Notes under the pieces: model-generated
Seen by the model: the letters and a program-made list of their open reading frames with translations, nothing else
Databases searched by the model: none
Told to the model about the DNA's origin: nothing
Position numbers and translations under genes: made by a program
From: Planktothrix sp. GU0601_MAG3
GTDB taxonomy: Bacteria > Cyanobacteriota > Cyanobacteriia > Cyanobacteriales > Microcoleaceae
Direction of reading: 5' to 3'
Length of the DNA: 64,000 nucleotides
Assembly: GCA_035193785.1 (NCBI GenBank)
Contig: CP136572.1
Location: 1,280,001 to 1,344,000, forward strand
In this document: positions 61,780 through 64,000 of the stretch, piece by piece
Position numbering within the stretch: the first letter of the stretch is position 1
Layout of the letters: the number at the start of each line of letters is the position of its first letter

Positions 61780-64000
61780 TCACGGATTAAGAATAGGTAT
61801 AATACCGGTTTTACTTAGTAATTCTTGGCTTTCTTGGGTGTTCAAAATTTCGGCAAACCGATCACCGATGGCTTCTCGACGGTTATCGCGCCTGAAAATA
61901 ACCGCCAGGGGATAGGCTAGGGGATAATTACCTGTCTGAAAGGCTTGGTAATCTGGGTAATAACTGCCTTTTTGACTGCACAAGTCGGTGGTTGGATCTA
62001 TCGGTTGGCGATTTTCTTGGATCAGGGGTTGAATGAACTTGTTATGGCGATCGCCTACTGCTAAAGGATACACTGAACACTGGCCAAATACTTGAGAGAT
62101 CGCCCCAAACCCGATTGCCCCTATTTGTTCGTTTTCAAACTCTTGCAAAACAGTCCGCAACGCTGAAATAGTTGATAATTGTATGATTTGCGGCAGATTT
62201 CCCTCGGAATTTCCGGATCGAGATGTGCGATCGCCCCTTTCTACCATTTTTCTAAATTGTGCAATTAATTCGGCTTCTTGAAGGACGCGATCCTCAAAAA
62301 GACGGATCGCTTCTTGACTGGGGGGAATATACAGCCGCACGGGTAAGTCTGGCCCCCCTAACTGTTGCCAGTTGGTAATCCTTCCGGTGTAGAGTTGTTG
62401 CAATTGTTGAATGCTAATTTGGCCGTTAAGATATTTCGGGAGAGACAAATCCCGTTGTTCATAACTAAAGGGAACGTAAACGGCCAAACCGTCATAGGCA
62501 AAGGTTCGCGCCTTGAGATCGTTGCTAAGATTGGTTGTCAGACTACTAATGGCAAAATCAACATTTCCTAATTTAACTTCCTTGATCGCTTTTTCCCCTG
62601 TGGGTTGGGGTAGATATTTTAACTGAAGTTGAGGCCGTCGTTCGGCAAATTCGGCTTCTAAGGTTTGATCTTTTTGAATTAGGTTAGGTTGTCGCCAGAC
62701 ATAATTCCAAATCCCATTCTCTTCGCCACTATAAGTAAATTTCCCCGTCGGAACTCCAGCCACATCACTAATACAGCAAGTCGGAATATTACTCTTAGCC
62801 ATTGCTACGGGTCGCCGCCACAGCCACCAGGCTAACCCACTCACCAACAAACCGACAAGGAAAAATAGCAACAGCCACCACCACCAATTTTTCCGGCGTT
62901 TACGGGCTTCTGACCCTGGTAAAGACGTGTCATGGAGTGTCTCTACTATGAGGTTTTCTTCGGGTAAGTTTAACAGCGCACGACGGGCTTCTGTGGCACT
63001 ATTAAAGGGGGTATCGAGTTCTAATAAACGCAATAAAAACAATTTCAGGGCTATATCCGTTTTACCCCAATCTTGACTTAATTTAGGGTCGAAGAAGCGA
63101 TCATTTTGATCCCGTTCACCCCCTGCTAATAGGTAAAAACAGACATAACCTAATGCTTTTAAATCCTGGGGGACGGTGGGAATTAGACGCACGGATGGGG
63201 GGGGATCAAATAACCTTTCCCAAAGGGCTAAATCTCCTAAATAAACGCGAAATTGAGGATCATGGAAATAAAGTTGTTCTTGAGGTGAAATAAACAGACT
63301 ATCAAGACTCAGATTGCCATGAACAAGACGGGCTTGAATTTGGCCGTTTGGTAAGCGGAATTTTTGACCGTGAAGGTATTCTAAACTTTGCAGCACTTGG
63401 TTGAGAAAGTAACGCATTGGGCGAGAAGACATTGCCCCTTTGCGAGTTAAATAGGTGCGGGCGGTGATGCCATCATTAATAGTAGTAATTAGATAGCATC
63501 TTTCCCGATCATTACGATCGCTAATCGCTTCTATAACTTCTGAGATCCGTCCGGTTTGGATTCTACCATCAGCGTGTGTTATACCACTAATATTTTCAAA
63601 GGCAATTTGGGTTTGAATTGCTTCTTTTTCGTTAAAATAACGTTTAGGAAGTAAATATTCTTGAATCATAACGGGTTGTTCTTCTAATAACTGAATCCCG
63701 GTATAAATTCGCTTCTGACCTCGACTATTTATAAAGCGTTCAATTCGATAACGTCCCCGTTTCCCTTGAATTTCTCCTAGGGAGGGTAAGGGGGTGGGAA
63801 ATCCACATTTGGGGCAGGATTTTAGTTCAGGATTATCTGCGATCGCTGTGCGAGGTTCTTGACAGTTTAAAGGGTTTTTAAATGGACAGCGATATTTTTC
63901 ATAAAGCGATAAACTACCCGGTGGAAATTCTTCCTCTATTTCAAGGGATGGGGGAATTTCTTCGGCGGCGGTTTCTTCTTCGGTTTCCGGTCTAAATAAG
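61780..64000 (-). CDS. Cys4 - degenerate Ser/Thr kinase - TM - PstS-like periplasmic-binding-domain fusion, 5' end outside window
   Basis: The frame stays open upstream of 63669 to the edge (..YRCPFKNPLNC..SCPKCGFP..RYRIERF..PVMIQEY). Kinase remnants LEYLH, LVHGNLS, DLKALG; TM WWWWLLL..; PBP motifs AYDGLAVYV, LYTGRITNWQQLGGPDLP, YPL. Confidence 0.8.
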   Translation of the reverse strand, partial: LFRPETEEETAAEEIPPSLEIEEEFPPGSLSLYEKYRCPFKNPLNCQEPRTAIADNPELKSCPKCGFPTPLPSLGEIQGKRGRYRIERFINSRGQKRIYTGIQLLEEQPVMIQEYLLPKRYFNEKEAIQTQIAFENISGITHADGRIQTGRISEVIEAISDRNDRERCYLITTINDGITARTYLTRKGAMSSRPMRYFLNQVLQSLEYLHGQKFRLPNGQIQARLVHGNLSLDSLFISPQEQLYFHDPQFRVYLGDLALWERLFDPPPSVRLIPTVPQDLKALGYVCFYLLAGGERDQNDRFFDPKLSQDWGKTDIALKLFLLRLLELDTPFNSATEARRALLNLPEENLIVETLHDTSLPGSEARKRRKNWWWWLLLFFLVGLLVSGLAWWLWRRPVAMAKSNIPTCCISDVAGVPTGKFTYSGEENGIWNYVWRQPNLIQKDQTLEAEFAERRPQLQLKYLPQPTGEKAIKEVKLGNVDFAISSLTTNLSNDLKARTFAYDGLAVYVPFSYEQRDLSLPKYLNGQISIQQLQQLYTGRITNWQQLGGPDLPVRLYIPPSQEAIRLFEDRVLQEAELIAQFRKMVERGDRTSRSGNSEGNLPQIIQLSTISALRTVLQEFENEQIGAIGFGAISQVFGQCSVYPLAVGDRHNKFIQPLIQENRQPIDPTTDLCSQKGSYYPDYQAFQTGNYPLAYPLAVIFRRDNRREAIGDRFAEILNTQESQELLSKTGIIPILNP

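Noticed and set aside
1080..62571. Numerous short antisense or overlapping ORFs in the six-frame track (e.g. 4479..4883, 28037..29018, 33262..33621, 54130..54686)
   Set aside because: They lie within well-supported genes on another frame or strand and show no recognisable motifs.
1..64000. tRNA or rRNA genes
   Set aside because: I recognised no cloverleaf or rRNA-like conserved sequence by eye; tRNAscan/Infernal were not run.

Overview
Chromosomal segment of a filamentous cyanobacterium, supported by photosynthesis genes psbU/psbV/petE, many HIP1 octamers (GCGATCGC) and heptamer/octamer tandem repeats. An Oscillatoriales/Planktothrix-like origin is my inference only. Positions 1-41.7 kb hold mostly housekeeping and accessory genes: nadB, psbU, hetZ-patU, a PP2C phosphatase, petE, psbV, accD, pilD, hypF, clpP, a SPY-like O-GlcNAc transferase, rpiA, lptC, metG and a PmbA/TldD protein. 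From about 41.7 kb to the window end, one co-directional minus-strand cluster encodes the baseplate half of a phage-tail-like contractile injection system (eCIS/tCIS type): tube, tube initiator, VgrG, gp25, baseplate J-like and P2-gpI-like proteins. Unusual accessory genes are interleaved: a Cys4-pseudokinase-TM-PstS fusion, a Cache-HAMP receptor with no output domain, two membrane-anchored beta-rich proteins, a TPR protein and a long QKQ-repeat protein. A second strong signal is that all 18 internal frameshifts I could reconstruct, including those in metG, clpP and nadB, are the same one-base insertion, GAAC->GAAAC or GTTC->GTTTC. This points to a motif-specific sequencing error, possibly the footprint of DNA phosphorothioation at GAAC/GTTC. 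Smaller items include an orphan CRISPR-like repeat, an ISAs1-type remnant, micro-elements inserted in frame into genes and a small secreted peptide with a PatX-like C-terminus. All family calls come from reading motifs by eye, not from database searches.
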